A stretch of DNA of 64,000 bases, taken from Trueperaceae bacterium (GTDB lineage Bacteria > Deinococcota > Deinococci > Deinococcales > Trueperaceae). The notes beneath the pieces are model-generated. The model did not search any database. It was not told where the DNA came from and saw nothing but the letters and a program-made list of their open reading frames with translations. Numbering within the stretch: position 1 is the first letter of the stretch; every line of letters starts with the position of its first letter. A program made the translations under genes and the position numbers. Shown one piece after another: positions 8,262-18,107 of the stretch. Location of the stretch: NCBI GenBank assembly GCA_034521815.1, contig JAXHLW010000013.1:1568001-1632000 (forward strand), given 5' to 3'.

Positions 8262-10010
8262 CTACAGCGCGAAGTGCGTCGCCTGGCTGGCGACGACGTA
8301 CCAGGTCACGAACAGGCCGTTGGCGAACGCGCCCGGCCAGACGCTGCCCGTCTTCTCGAACAGGTAGGTCGATAGCATTCCGGCGATCGGGAGCAGCACC
8401 AAGAGCTGGAACCCGATGATCGTCAGCAGCGGCTCGCCCAGCGGCAGGGGGCGTCCCGACAGGAGAGGCACGTACTGAATCAGGAGCAGGGCCGCGAATC
8501 CCGCGAACATCAGGACACCGTTCCCGACCACGGCGGCCGCCGTCGAGGTCGGCTCGCGCGAGCGTAGCTGCCCGTGCAGCGCCAGGCCCAACGTCGCGAA
8601 GAAGAAGGTGAACGGCAGGAGGTAGATCACGGCGATACGCGCATGGAGGGCGTCCAGCGGACGTGCCGCCAGCACCCACGCGCGGAAGTCGGTGCCGAAC
8701 AGGCCGTTCACGGCGATCAGCAGCAGGTAGCCGGAGCCGACGGTGGCCAGCGCCAGCCCGATGGAGCGCAGCAGCCCGCCGCTCAGGCCCACGCCCGCTC
8801 CTCCACCACGGCGCCCGGACACGGCGTACCAGAGCAGGAACAGGACGAGGGACAGCGCGCCGTTGGCGACGGCCCAGACCACGATCCCGTTCGTGATCTG
8901 TTGCGGGAACCAGACGCCGACGGGCAGCCACTCGGCCGCTTGGTTGTTGAGCCAGAAGTACGTCGCGACCGGCACGATGATCAGGATCAGGGCCGCCAGC
9001 CACCAGCCCAGGCCGCTGGGGCCGACACCGACCGCCGGCGTGCGCTGCAACGGCGCGAACGCGGGGGTCCGCAGCCACAGCCCTCCTGCCGCGAAGAACG
9101 CGAGGATCATCCCGAGAAAGCCCAGGCCTGTGCCCAGCTCCTTGAGCATCCAGGCCTGATCGGTGGCGGGAAGCGGGCTCGGCGCCGGCACGGTCCGCTG
9201 GATCCACTCGATCACGGGAGCGATGCCGGCGACGGTGATGTGGTCGCCTGGGTGGGTGACGGGCGGCTGCGCCAGCCAGCGCGCCGTGCCCGCGTCGATC
9301 TCGCCGTACAGCTGCCCCGGCACCACCGGCGGCTCGGTTCCGAATACGCCCGCGAGCTTGTCGGTCGTGACGACCGCGGCGCCCGTGGGCGCTCCCCACA
9401 TCAGCTGCGAGAACTCGTCGTACTGACTGAACACCAGCCCGAAGTTGCGGGGGAACTGCGGTGTGCCCTCGGGCGCGCCGAACGTGCCGGTCGACGCTCC
9501 CGAGACGATGATCGAGGCGTAGTCGTCGGGGGCCGCGCCTGCGGCGATCAGCACCGCCCAGCCGCCCATCGAGTGGCCGGACAGGACGATGCGGTCCGGA
9601 TCGACCATGGGCAGCGACCGGAGGTACGCCAGTCCGTCGGGTCCGCCGAATCCGGCCGCGAACGCGGGTGGATCGCTGTTGCCGTGGCCGCTCTGGTCCA
9701 ACGCGACGACGACGTAGCCGCGGCGTGCGAGCTCGATCGCGTAGGGCGACTGCGTCTCGCGGTCGTTGATGTAGCCGTGGACCGCCAAGACACCGGGTGC
9801 CGGGCTGGACGGCGTGGCCGACTCGGGGACGTACAGCTCGGCGGTCATCGTGCGACCGTCGGCCGCGACGAAGCGGACGGTGTCGACGTCGACGCCGCCT
9901 GCGTCGGTCCGCACCCACGACGCCAGCCAGCCGCCGCCGAGCGCGAGCACGATGGCCACGATCAGCAGGCCCACAGAGCCTGGCCTGCGAACGCGAGTCG
10001 AATCCGTCAT
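8262..10010 (-). CDS. Membrane-anchored alpha/beta hydrolase with multi-TM C-terminus
   Basis: HGY, GHSMGG nucleophile elbow, many C-terminal TM helices. Confidence 0.8.
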   Translation of the reverse strand: MTDSTRVRRPGSVGLLIVAIVLALGGGWLASWVRTDAGGVDVDTVRFVAADGRTMTAELYVPESATPSSPAPGVLAVHGYINDRETQSPYAIELARRGYVVVALDQSGHGNSDPPAFAAGFGGPDGLAYLRSLPMVDPDRIVLSGHSMGGWAVLIAAGAAPDDYASIIVSGASTGTFGAPEGTPQFPRNFGLVFSQYDEFSQLMWGAPTGAAVVTTDKLAGVFGTEPPVVPGQLYGEIDAGTARWLAQPPVTHPGDHITVAGIAPVIEWIQRTVPAPSPLPATDQAWMLKELGTGLGFLGMILAFFAAGGLWLRTPAFAPLQRTPAVGVGPSGLGWWLAALILIIVPVATYFWLNNQAAEWLPVGVWFPQQITNGIVVWAVANGALSLVLFLLWYAVSGRRGGGAGVGLSGGLLRSIGLALATVGSGYLLLIAVNGLFGTDFRAWVLAARPLDALHARIAVIYLLPFTFFFATLGLALHGQLRSREPTSTAAAVVGNGVLMFAGFAALLLIQYVPLLSGRPLPLGEPLLTIIGFQLLVLLPIAGMLSTYLFEKTGSVWPGAFANGLFVTWYVVASQATHFAL

Positions 10011-10158
10011 GACGACCTCCAAGGTCCCGCACGCGTATAGGACGCGCGTCGCTGCGTCCGAAGTCGAGATCCGGCCTCAACCTAGCACCGGCTTCGCGTC
10101 GCTGACGCGATGTTCTCCACGGCGGGCTTCCTCGGACGAGCTCCTCGTAGGTCCTCGC

Positions 10159-11418
10159 TCAGGCGCGGGCCGTCTTCGACCCGTCTCCGTTCAGCAACCC
10201 TTCGAGCAGCTGCACGGCCCGCCGGGCTCCCCCGGCGTCGCGGAACCCCTGCGCGACCCGCTGGGCTCCTGCGCGCCGAGAACGGGCCTCGCGCATGGCG
10301 GCCCGCAGCCGCGCCACAGTCAAGCGGCGCCGGGCGACCATCGTGCCCGCGCCGGCGACCTCGGCACGGCGGGCGGACTCGCTCTGATCGCGGCCCCACG
10401 GCACGACGCAGACGGGGACGCCGGCGGCCAGCGCACGCTGCGTCGTGCCCATCCCACCGTGGGTGACGACGAGGTCCATCTCGGGAATCACGCTGGCGTG
10501 AGGGAGGAAGCGAACGATTCGGGTGCGGTCGTGAGGAGGCTCGAATCGGTCGGGGTCCAGCGCGGCGGACGTGACGACGACGCTGCCCGGCTCGTCGGCC
10601 AACGCCTCGAGCGCGGTAGCGATGATCATTCCGTCCTCCTGGAGCTCGGTGGAGACGCTGACCAGGACGCGTGGCCGTGGCAGCGTGGCGAGCCAGTCCG
10701 GCGCCTCGCCCGGAGGGGCCCACAGTCCGGGGCCGATGGCGTGGACTCCGCGCGGCCAGCCCTGGCGCGGGTACTCGAACGGCTCGGCGGTGCGGTAGAG
10801 GAGCACGTCGGCTCGCACGAACAGATCGGAGTAGCCGTCCAGCGGCGGCGCGCCCAGCTCGGCGCGAAGGCGCTGGAGCTTCGTCACCGGCCCGCGGAGC
10901 GAGCCGTTCATGACCGCCCAGACGAGCCGGTCACGCAGGCGATCGACGCCGCCCTTCGGAGGCGGGAAGCCGGGCCCGAACGCCGGCGTGGTGGGGGACG
11001 GCACGGGAAGCGCGTACGGCAGGAACATGGACCAGGCGCGACCCGTGCGGTCGGCCTCGGCTTCGGCGGCCGCGGCCGCGCCCCAGGTGTTGGCGTCGAC
11101 CAGGACCAGCTCGGGGTCCAGCTCGGACCGGGCGGCCTGGAGGTCGTCGACCTCGTGCGGCGCGCGGGTCAGCCAGCAGTCGAACGCCGCTCGAAGCTGC
11201 TGCATGGGGTTGCCTTGCCGGTAGTCGTCGAGGGTCAGGGCCTCGATCTCCGGGGCGATGGGTCGGTGCTCGAGCCCCTCGGCCGTCACCCGGTCTCGCT
11301 CGGAGGCCAGCGTCTGGACGACGACGCGGTGGCCGGCGTCGCGCATCGCGAGCGCGACGTCCATCATCGGGTAGAGGTGCCCGCGTGCTGGCGACGTGTA
11401 CATCAGGATCGTGCTCAT
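10159..11418 (-). CDS. GT1/MGT-family glycosyltransferase
   Basis: TSPARGHLYP, FLPHASVIPEMDLVVTHGGMGT, VPWGRDQ; own SD (GGAGG) and ATG at 11418. Confidence 0.88.
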   Translation of the reverse strand: MSTILMYTSPARGHLYPMMDVALAMRDAGHRVVVQTLASERDRVTAEGLEHRPIAPEIEALTLDDYRQGNPMQQLRAAFDCWLTRAPHEVDDLQAARSELDPELVLVDANTWGAAAAAEAEADRTGRAWSMFLPYALPVPSPTTPAFGPGFPPPKGGVDRLRDRLVWAVMNGSLRGPVTKLQRLRAELGAPPLDGYSDLFVRADVLLYRTAEPFEYPRQGWPRGVHAIGPGLWAPPGEAPDWLATLPRPRVLVSVSTELQEDGMIIATALEALADEPGSVVVTSAALDPDRFEPPHDRTRIVRFLPHASVIPEMDLVVTHGGMGTTQRALAAGVPVCVVPWGRDQSESARRAEVAGAGTMVARRRLTVARLRAAMREARSRRAGAQRVAQGFRDAGGARRAVQLLEGLLNGDGSKTARA

Positions 11419-12039
11419 GGTCGTGCCTCCGATGGGTGTGCGTTCGATCGGCCTGCGTCCGACGCCGCGTCGGCCAGGACGCCTCTCGCCAGGCGAATCA
11501 TCGTGGCCTCGGTCTCCTGCCGTGAGCGCCCCACGTCGAGGCGCAGCAGCTTCCAGACGTACAGGTCGGTCGCCGCCACCAGCGCGTCGACGAGCGGGCG
11601 TTCGGCCTCGCCGGCCGGCGAGGCCGAACGCCCGCGTCACCCAGTCGCGGTGGTAGCTCCGTCCGCGCTGGACGCCGTCGCGCGCTACGGGCTCTCCTCC
11701 ATGCTCCTGAGCGAGCAGGTTCGGCACCAGGCGTCCCTCGGCCTCGTAGTGCGCGACGAGACTCGAGATCGCCCCTTCGACGTCGCCGGGGCGGGTCGCC
11801 TGGCGCTGCGCCTCGACCCTTCGTTCGACGCGCTCGCCGACGGCGTGCAGGCAGCCGTCGCGCGAGCCCATGTGGCGCAGCACCGTCTGCACCGTGACGC
11901 CGGCCCCTTCGGCGATCGCGGGCAGGGTGACGTCGCCCAGCGGGCCGTCCGCGAGCAGACGCTCGGTGGACGCCACGATGCGTTCGGTCGTCTGGGCTGC
12001 GCGCCGGGCGCGGTTCGTCATGTCGTAGCTGCGGGTCAT
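11415..12039 (-). pseudogene. TetR-family regulator with a frameshift near 11594-11635 (as written it reads in frame into the glycosyltransferase)
   Basis: HTH IAEGAGVTVQTVLRHMGSRDG; typical C-terminus LVDALVAATDLYVWKLLRLDVG...EARP* is in another frame and ends in an ATGA overlap with the GT start. Confidence 0.75.
11594..11635. repeat. Perfect 42-bp loopless palindrome inside tetR
   Basis: gcgggcgttcggcctcgccgg|ccggcgaggccgaacgcccgc. Confidence 0.9.
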
Positions 12040-12049
12040 CGTCCTCCTC

Positions 12050-12110
12050 AAGTTCATGTTGATCATAGACACATGGATATTCGATGTCAATAGCCGTCAC
12101 ATTGATATGG
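12050..12110. promoter_or_regulatory. AT-rich divergent promoter with candidate TetR operator(s)
   Basis: Imperfect inverted repeats atgtcaat-N9-attgatat and catgt-N11-acatg upstream of tetR. Confidence 0.45.
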
Positions 12111-12147
12111 TGGCACTCGCTCGGCGACGCGAGCTGTAGAATCGGAA

Positions 12148-12765
12148 ATGCACCGTCTCGACAGCTGGATCGACCACGTTCCGTACGACGACGCCACCGG
12201 ACGGCTCCGCGCCCTGTACGACCGCATCCGGGGCCCAGGCGGCTCGATCGACAACATCATGAGGGTGCACAGCCTGCGCCCCCACACGATGGAGGGGCAC
12301 CTGGCGCTGTACAAGGGCGTGCTGCATCACTCCCGCAACACCGTCCCCCGCTGGCTGCTCGAGACCACCGGGGTGTACGTCAGCCTGCTGAACGGCTGCG
12401 ACTACTGCGTCGAGCACCACTTCGCCGGCCTACGCCGTCTGTTGAACGACGACGCCCGGGCCGAGGCGATCCGTGCCGCCCTCCGTCGCGGCCGCCCCGA
12501 AGAGGCGTTCCACGGTCGCGAGCTCGCCGTGCTCCGTTACGCCGAAGCGTTGACGGTCGCGCCCGCCACGATGAGCGAGAACAACGTCGAGTCGATGCGG
12601 GCGGAAGGCATGAGCGACGGCGAGATCCTGGAAGTGAACCAGGTGGTCGCCTATTTCGCCTACGCGAACCGCACGGTGCAGGGCCTGGGCGTCACCACCG
12701 AAGGAGACACGCTGGGCCTATCGCCCAGCGACAGCGACGCTCCCGACGACTGGCATCATCGCTGA
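12148..12765 (+). CDS. AhpD/carboxymuconolactone decarboxylase-family peroxidase-related enzyme
   Basis: VHSLRPHTMEGH, NGCDYCVEHH CxxC, YFAYANR. Confidence 0.85.
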   Translation: MHRLDSWIDHVPYDDATGRLRALYDRIRGPGGSIDNIMRVHSLRPHTMEGHLALYKGVLHHSRNTVPRWLLETTGVYVSLLNGCDYCVEHHFAGLRRLLNDDARAEAIRAALRRGRPEEAFHGRELAVLRYAEALTVAPATMSENNVESMRAEGMSDGEILEVNQVVAYFAYANRTVQGLGVTTEGDTLGLSPSDSDAPDDWHHR

Positions 12766-12886
12766 CCGATCGCCGACAGCGTCTCGCGCCAGCAGCACCA
12801 CACGCGCGCCGCCTCCGAAACGCTGCCGCAGGTGGCAGCATCGCGGAGGCGGCGATCGTGTCGTTCGTGGCCGGCAGGCTCGGTCA

Positions 12887-12914
12887 CGCGCCGTCCGCGA
12901 TCGCGGACGGCGCG
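12887..12914. terminator. GC-rich palindrome just downstream of nirK-1, between convergent genes
   Basis: cgcgccgtccgcga|tcgcggacggcgcg; no clear U-tract. Confidence 0.5.
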
Positions 12915-12921
12915 ACCGGCG

Positions 12922-14313
12922 TCAGTGCTCGCTGCCGGGCGTCACGTTCCCGTCGAAGACCTCGGGGTTCTCGTCCCCAGCCGCCTGGAGGATGCCGACC
13001 AGGCCGCGCTCGGCGCGACTCAGGGCGTGATCGACCAGGATGTAGTCGCCGGGCACCTCGAGCCCGAACTCGACCATCGTGGCTCCGCCCGGCGCGACCG
13101 TCGTGGTCTGCACGTTGGTGAGCGGCGAGCTGGTCAGCGACCCCTGGTCGTAGACCCGGTCGAAGATCTCCCCGATCACGTGGAAGCTGCTGGTGAAGTT
13201 CGGTCCGCCGACGCCGAAGAAGATGCGTACGGTCTCGCCGACGTTCGCCTGCAGCGGATACTCGTCCGTCAACGCGCCCACCGCGCCGTTGAAGGTGAAG
13301 TACTCGGGGTCCTCGTCGAGAAGCTTGTTCACGCTGAACTCGGCGTTTCCGCGATTCCCGAAGTCGCCGTCCGTATAGACCTCGCCCTGCATCACGTAGA
13401 ACTCGCGGTCGACCTCCGCGAGCCCTTCCTCGGGCTCGACGAGGATGAGACCGTACATGCCGTTGGTGATGTGGTGGGCGACCATCGGCGTAGCGCAGTG
13501 GTAGACGTACAGGCCCGGATTCAGGGCCTTGAAGGTGAACGCCGTGGCGTCGCCGGGGCGGGTCTGCGTCACCGCCGCGCCGCCGCCGGGGCCCGTCACG
13601 GCGTGGAAGTCGACGGAGTGGATCATCGTGCTGTCGTCCGCGTTCTCGAGCGTCATGTTGACGGTGTCGCCCACCTTGACGCGAAGGAACGGGCCGGGGA
13701 TCTGGCCGTCGAACGTCCAGAAGCGATAGCTCGTGCCGTCGGCCAAGCGGGCCTCGACCTCTTCGGTCACGAGCGCGAGGTCGTGCGTGACCGGCTCTCG
13801 TTCGCCGATCGGTCCGGGCAGGTCCGCCGGATCGCGGACGATGGACGGGAGCTCCTCTTCGTCCGACTCGGCGACCGTGCCGATCTCGAGGAGCCCCTCC
13901 ATGCCGGCCTGACGGTGCCCCGGCACGGTGCAGTAGTAGTCGTACTGGCCGGCCTCGTCGATTCGGAAGACGGTGACCGAGCTGGCGCCTTCCTCGAAGA
14001 CCATGTCGGTAGCCACGCCGTCGACGCCGTCCACGGCCCAATCGTGCTGAACGCCGTCTCCGTTGACGAGGGTGAGCTGGACCACGTCACCGGGCTCGGC
14101 GACGAGGCGCGGGTTGACGACGCCGTCGATCTGTCCCCCGACGCCGATGAAGGCCATCTTGCCGCCGGCCAGTCCGGTCGTCAGGCGGTAGGAGACGTCG
14201 GGCGTGTATTCGGCGGGCGACAGCGGCTGGCCTTGAGCCAAGGCCAGCGAGCCCGCGGCCAGCAGGCCCGCGAGGGCGAGCGTGGCTGCGATCAGGAATC
14301 GATTCATGGACAT
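12922..14313 (-). CDS. nirK: Copper nitrite reductase with N-terminal cupredoxin domain (three-domain NirK), copy 1
   Basis: Signal peptide; extra T1 site H...YYCTVPGHRQAGM; core HSVDFH, YHCATPMVAHHITNGM, SSFHVIG, LVDHALSR. Confidence 0.93.
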   Translation of the reverse strand: MSMNRFLIAATLALAGLLAAGSLALAQGQPLSPAEYTPDVSYRLTTGLAGGKMAFIGVGGQIDGVVNPRLVAEPGDVVQLTLVNGDGVQHDWAVDGVDGVATDMVFEEGASSVTVFRIDEAGQYDYYCTVPGHRQAGMEGLLEIGTVAESDEEELPSIVRDPADLPGPIGEREPVTHDLALVTEEVEARLADGTSYRFWTFDGQIPGPFLRVKVGDTVNMTLENADDSTMIHSVDFHAVTGPGGGAAVTQTRPGDATAFTFKALNPGLYVYHCATPMVAHHITNGMYGLILVEPEEGLAEVDREFYVMQGEVYTDGDFGNRGNAEFSVNKLLDEDPEYFTFNGAVGALTDEYPLQANVGETVRIFFGVGGPNFTSSFHVIGEIFDRVYDQGSLTSSPLTNVQTTTVAPGGATMVEFGLEVPGDYILVDHALSRAERGLVGILQAAGDENPEVFDGNVTPGSEH

Positions 14314-14445
14314 GAAGCTCCCTTCGATGCTCTCGGTGTTGGATCCGAGTAATGTCGGATGCACGTATCCAAGTAAACCACATGCGTCCGCCCCTTGCCA
14401 AATGGCGGCACCCGCAGAGCCGGCTGGTGCAGTACGCTCGGAAGC

Positions 14446-15183
14446 GTGACGGTATGGAAACCGGACGTCGCGCGACTCCCTCGGGCCCAGCTCGACGGCG
14501 ATCACGTCATCGTGCACGACGTCAGGAACACCCGCTACGGTCGACCAAGCGAACGGTACGAGGTGGAATGGGAGGATCGCGACTACGACCTCGCCACGCT
14601 CCGCAGGCTGTGGTTCCTGGTCGAGCCGTTCCTCCCACAGGTACCGGTCATCGCCCATACCTTCATCGCCTTCGAGTTCGACGACGCGTTCCTGGCGCTC
14701 TCGATCGAAGCGCGGCTCCGGCAGGACCAGCGCTACTCGATCTTCCGGGGCATGATCGGTCGCTACGCCCTCACCTACAGCTTCGGCGACGAACGCGACT
14801 TCATCCTGCGACGAACCCTTCATCAGCAGCACCAGGTGTACCTCTACCCCCTGGTCACCCCCGAGCTCGAGGTTCGCGCCCTGTTCCTGAACATGCTGGC
14901 CAGTGCCAACGCGCTCATCGCTCGACCGCTCCGGTACAACAGCATCCGCCACAACTGCACGAGCATGCTCCGCAGGCACGCCAACCAGGTCAGGCCCGGC
15001 AGCTTCCCGCCGTTCATCCTCGCCGACGTGATGCCGGGACGATCGGACCGGGTGCTGTACCGAAAGGGATGGATCGACACCAGCGTCGGTGAAGACGCGC
15101 TCCGCGACACTCACGCGATCCGCGACAAGGCGAACGCCGCGGCGGACGATCCCGGCTTCTCCCGACGCATCCGCGAGCCGTGA
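14446..15183 (+). CDS. DUF4105 (Lnb N-terminal-like) domain protein
   Basis: IAHTFIAFEF, SIEAR, GDERD, YNSIRHNCTS; GTG 7 nt after TACGCT. Confidence 0.8.
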   Translation: MTVWKPDVARLPRAQLDGDHVIVHDVRNTRYGRPSERYEVEWEDRDYDLATLRRLWFLVEPFLPQVPVIAHTFIAFEFDDAFLALSIEARLRQDQRYSIFRGMIGRYALTYSFGDERDFILRRTLHQQHQVYLYPLVTPELEVRALFLNMLASANALIARPLRYNSIRHNCTSMLRRHANQVRPGSFPPFILADVMPGRSDRVLYRKGWIDTSVGEDALRDTHAIRDKANAAADDPGFSRRIREP

Positions 15184-16043
15184 CCAAGACGCTCATCGTC
15201 AACGCCGACGACCTGGGCATGTCCGAAGCCGTGACGCGCGGCATCCTGGACGCCCACCGCAACGGCATCGTCACCTCCTCGTCGGCGATGATGAACGGCC
15301 CGCACGCCCGAGCCGGGCTCGAAACCGCCCTTCGCGACGCGCCCGAGCTGGGCCTCGGCCTGCACCTGACCCTCACCTGGGGACGACCGGTCCTCCCACC
15401 GGAGCGGATTCCGAGCCTCGTCGGCGCGCACGGCGGCTTCGTCAGCGTGCCGCGCGGAATGGCGCTGCCCGGCAACTGGAGCCGAAAGGACATCGCCGCC
15501 GAGCTACGCGCCCAGCTCGACCGCTTCGTCGAGATCGCCGGCAGGCCGCCCGACCACGTCGACGCGCATCACGGCATCACCACCTACGCGGCGCCCGTGC
15601 GCGAGGTGATGCTCGAGATCGCCAGCGAGCACGGCATCGCGGTGCGCCGCACCCGCGCCGGCTGGTTCGCCCGAATGGAGCGCATCATGCCTACCGCCGC
15701 CGACCTTCCTGACGAGTGGGGTCCCTGGCTGGACCGCGTCCCCACGCCCTGGAGGCGGGGACCGATGGGCGAGCGCACGCCGCTGTCCACCGACGGCCTC
15801 GACTTCCGCTTCTTCGGCGAGCGCGCCACCGTCGAGCAGCTGCTCCGCATCTTGGGCACCCTCCCAGGCGGCGTCACCGAGCTGATGTGCCACCCTGGAA
15901 GCGCCAGCGGCGGGGACGACTACGCGTTCCGCGAGGCGGAGCTGGCGGCCCTCACCGATCCGCGCGTGAAGGCCAAGGTCGAGGAGGCCGGGATCGAGCT
16001 GGCGTCCTTCGCCGTGCTGACGAAGCTCCCAGCGCGCGACTGA
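15180..16043 (+). CDS. ChbG/HpnK/YdjC-family carbohydrate deacetylase
   Basis: LIVNADDLG, GLHLTLT, HVDAHH, ELMCHPG. Confidence 0.9.
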   Translation: MTKTLIVNADDLGMSEAVTRGILDAHRNGIVTSSSAMMNGPHARAGLETALRDAPELGLGLHLTLTWGRPVLPPERIPSLVGAHGGFVSVPRGMALPGNWSRKDIAAELRAQLDRFVEIAGRPPDHVDAHHGITTYAAPVREVMLEIASEHGIAVRRTRAGWFARMERIMPTAADLPDEWGPWLDRVPTPWRRGPMGERTPLSTDGLDFRFFGERATVEQLLRILGTLPGGVTELMCHPGSASGGDDYAFREAELAALTDPRVKAKVEEAGIELASFAVLTKLPARD

Positions 16044-16072
16044 CCGCGTCGCCCCCGGACCCAGGAGGCCGC

Positions 16073-16795
16073 ATGCCGACTCGATCGTGCTCGCAGGACG
16101 CGCCCGCTCTCGCCACCCCCTTCCGCGCGACCGTCGCGAACGTCCTCGTCGTCCTCGTCCTCGTCGTCGTCGCCCTGGCCATCGCGTCCGGGTCAGCTCA
16201 CGCGCAAGGCGTCCGGCACGAGATCGACCACCAGCGCTCGACCGTTCACGTCGTCACCCGCCGGGCCGGCGCGCTCGGGTTCCTGGGCCACGATCACGCG
16301 ATCCTGGCGACACGGTGGACCGGAAGCATCTGCTTCGCTCCCGACGACCCCTCCGCCTCCGAGGTCCGCGTCACGGTGGCGACGCCCTCGCTGGTGATCG
16401 ATACCGACCTCGCCGTGGAGGTCGCCGGCACGTCCTGGCGACCGGGGCCGGACACGATGCTCGAGATCCGCACGCGCATGCTGGGCCCCGAGTTCCTCGA
16501 CGCCGACGAGCACCCCGAGATCCGCTTCGCGTCACGGTCCGTCACCAGCGACGGCGACGACGACCTGATCGTCGAAGGCCCGTTCACCCTGCACGGTCGG
16601 ACACGGATCGTGAGGGCCCCCGTCACCGTGACGCCTGCGCCCGACGGCACGGTGCGGTTCGAGGTCCGGATGTCCGTGCGGATGACCGACTACGGGATCG
16701 AGCCCGAAACGAACCTCGGCGTGGTCGACGTCGCCGACGAGTTCGACCTGTTCGTCGACGTCCTGACGCGGCCCACGAGCGAACCTTGTCCCTGA
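16073..16795 (+). CDS. YceI-family lipid/polyisoprenoid-binding protein
   Basis: Signal/TM segment, FLDADEHPEIRFAS, GPFTLHGRTR, MTDYGI. Confidence 0.8.
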   Translation: MPTRSCSQDAPALATPFRATVANVLVVLVLVVVALAIASGSAHAQGVRHEIDHQRSTVHVVTRRAGALGFLGHDHAILATRWTGSICFAPDDPSASEVRVTVATPSLVIDTDLAVEVAGTSWRPGPDTMLEIRTRMLGPEFLDADEHPEIRFASRSVTSDGDDDLIVEGPFTLHGRTRIVRAPVTVTPAPDGTVRFEVRMSVRMTDYGIEPETNLGVVDVADEFDLFVDVLTRPTSEPCP

Positions 16796-16859
16796 GCGGT
16801 GCCTGCCGGTCGTCGCGCAGGGGCCGGCCCGAACGCGCGGCCATCGATATCGTGTCGTG

Positions 16860-18050
16860 ATGTCCGCTAACGACGACCACGACTGGCGCGTCACCGTGCG
16901 GCCTACCGCCACGACGCTCAGTCCCCGTCGTGACACGGTCGTCGCGTTCGACCTCGAGGGACGGCCGACGAGCCTGTTCGCCGGCGGCGACACGTTCAAG
17001 CGCTCCCTCGCCTCCGAGCTGTACGGCCGCCGCAGCGAGGGCGGCGCACGACGCCGCTGGCGCGTGCCGTGCGACCGGGCGGCCGACCTCCTGGAGCGGT
17101 CGCTGACGATCGCGGCGGACGCGAGGTCGGCCGTGCAGCGCGGCGAGCGGCTGCCCGGAGCGGCGGGGGCCGCCGCCGAAGCCGCGTTGGCGCAACGTCT
17201 GGACACGGTGCTCGGCTGGACGCCCGACCTGCTCTTGGACGAGCGTCGACGCTTTTTGGACGCCTACGCGCCGATCGCCATCCTTCCGCCCGACCAGTAC
17301 GGCGCCGTGGTCTTGCAGGCGACGTTCGGCTGCAGCTGGAACCGCTGCAGCTACTGCACCTTCTATCAGGACCGTCCGTTCCAGGTCCGTCCGATCGCTG
17401 CGTTCCGCGAGCACGTCGGCGCCGTTCGCGATCTGCTGGGCCGCGCCGCAGCCGGCCGGACCGGCATCTTCCTGGCCGACGGCAACGCGCTGGTGCTGAG
17501 CAACGATCGTCTGCAGCCCATCTTCGACACCGCGACCGCCGCGTTCCCGGGGCGGCCGGTCGCGGGCTTCGTCGACGTGTTCAGCGGCGAGCGCAAGACG
17601 GCGGACGACTGGCGCGAGCTGCGCGCCTGGGGCCTCCGGCGCGTCGCGATCGGCGTCGAGACCGGCTCGGATGCGCTCCTGGCGTACCTGAACAAGCCGG
17701 GCGGAGCGAGCGAGGCGGCCGCCTTCGTCGCGCTGCTGAAGGAGGCCGGGCTGGACGTGTCGGTGATCCTGATGGTGGGCGTCGGCGGGCGCCGGTTCGC
17801 AGCCGACCACGTGCAGCAGAGCGCCACCCTACTCACGCGGCTCCCGCTGACCGGCAGCGACCTGATCTACCTCTCTCCGTTCGTGCGCCAGCACGATTCG
17901 GCGTACGCCGACCGCGCCGCCGCCGACGGGCTCCACGACCTGACGCAGGCGGAGCTCGCCGCGCAGGATCGCGCGCTTCGCGACGCCGCGCGCGCCGCGC
18001 TACCCGCCACCAAGGTCGCCCGCTACCACATCGACGAGTTCGTGTACTGA
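16860..18050 (+). CDS. Radical SAM protein, function unknown
   Basis: LQATFGCSWNRCSYCTFY (CxxxCxxC), FLADGNAL, IGVETGS. Confidence 0.88.
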   Translation: MSANDDHDWRVTVRPTATTLSPRRDTVVAFDLEGRPTSLFAGGDTFKRSLASELYGRRSEGGARRRWRVPCDRAADLLERSLTIAADARSAVQRGERLPGAAGAAAEAALAQRLDTVLGWTPDLLLDERRRFLDAYAPIAILPPDQYGAVVLQATFGCSWNRCSYCTFYQDRPFQVRPIAAFREHVGAVRDLLGRAAAGRTGIFLADGNALVLSNDRLQPIFDTATAAFPGRPVAGFVDVFSGERKTADDWRELRAWGLRRVAIGVETGSDALLAYLNKPGGASEAAAFVALLKEAGLDVSVILMVGVGGRRFAADHVQQSATLLTRLPLTGSDLIYLSPFVRQHDSAYADRAAADGLHDLTQAELAAQDRALRDAARAALPATKVARYHIDEFVY

Positions 18051-18107
18051 GCGGCCTTGGGCGCGACCCGCGCCGAAGCGCACGCTCACGAGGGCGCGCG
18101 CGCCGTG

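Noticed and set aside
12922-15114. 730-aa NirK, and 850-aa NirK at 42045-44597, as giant fusions
   Set aside because: The upstream extensions are antisense to real genes; SD and signal sequences place the starts at 14313 and 43274.
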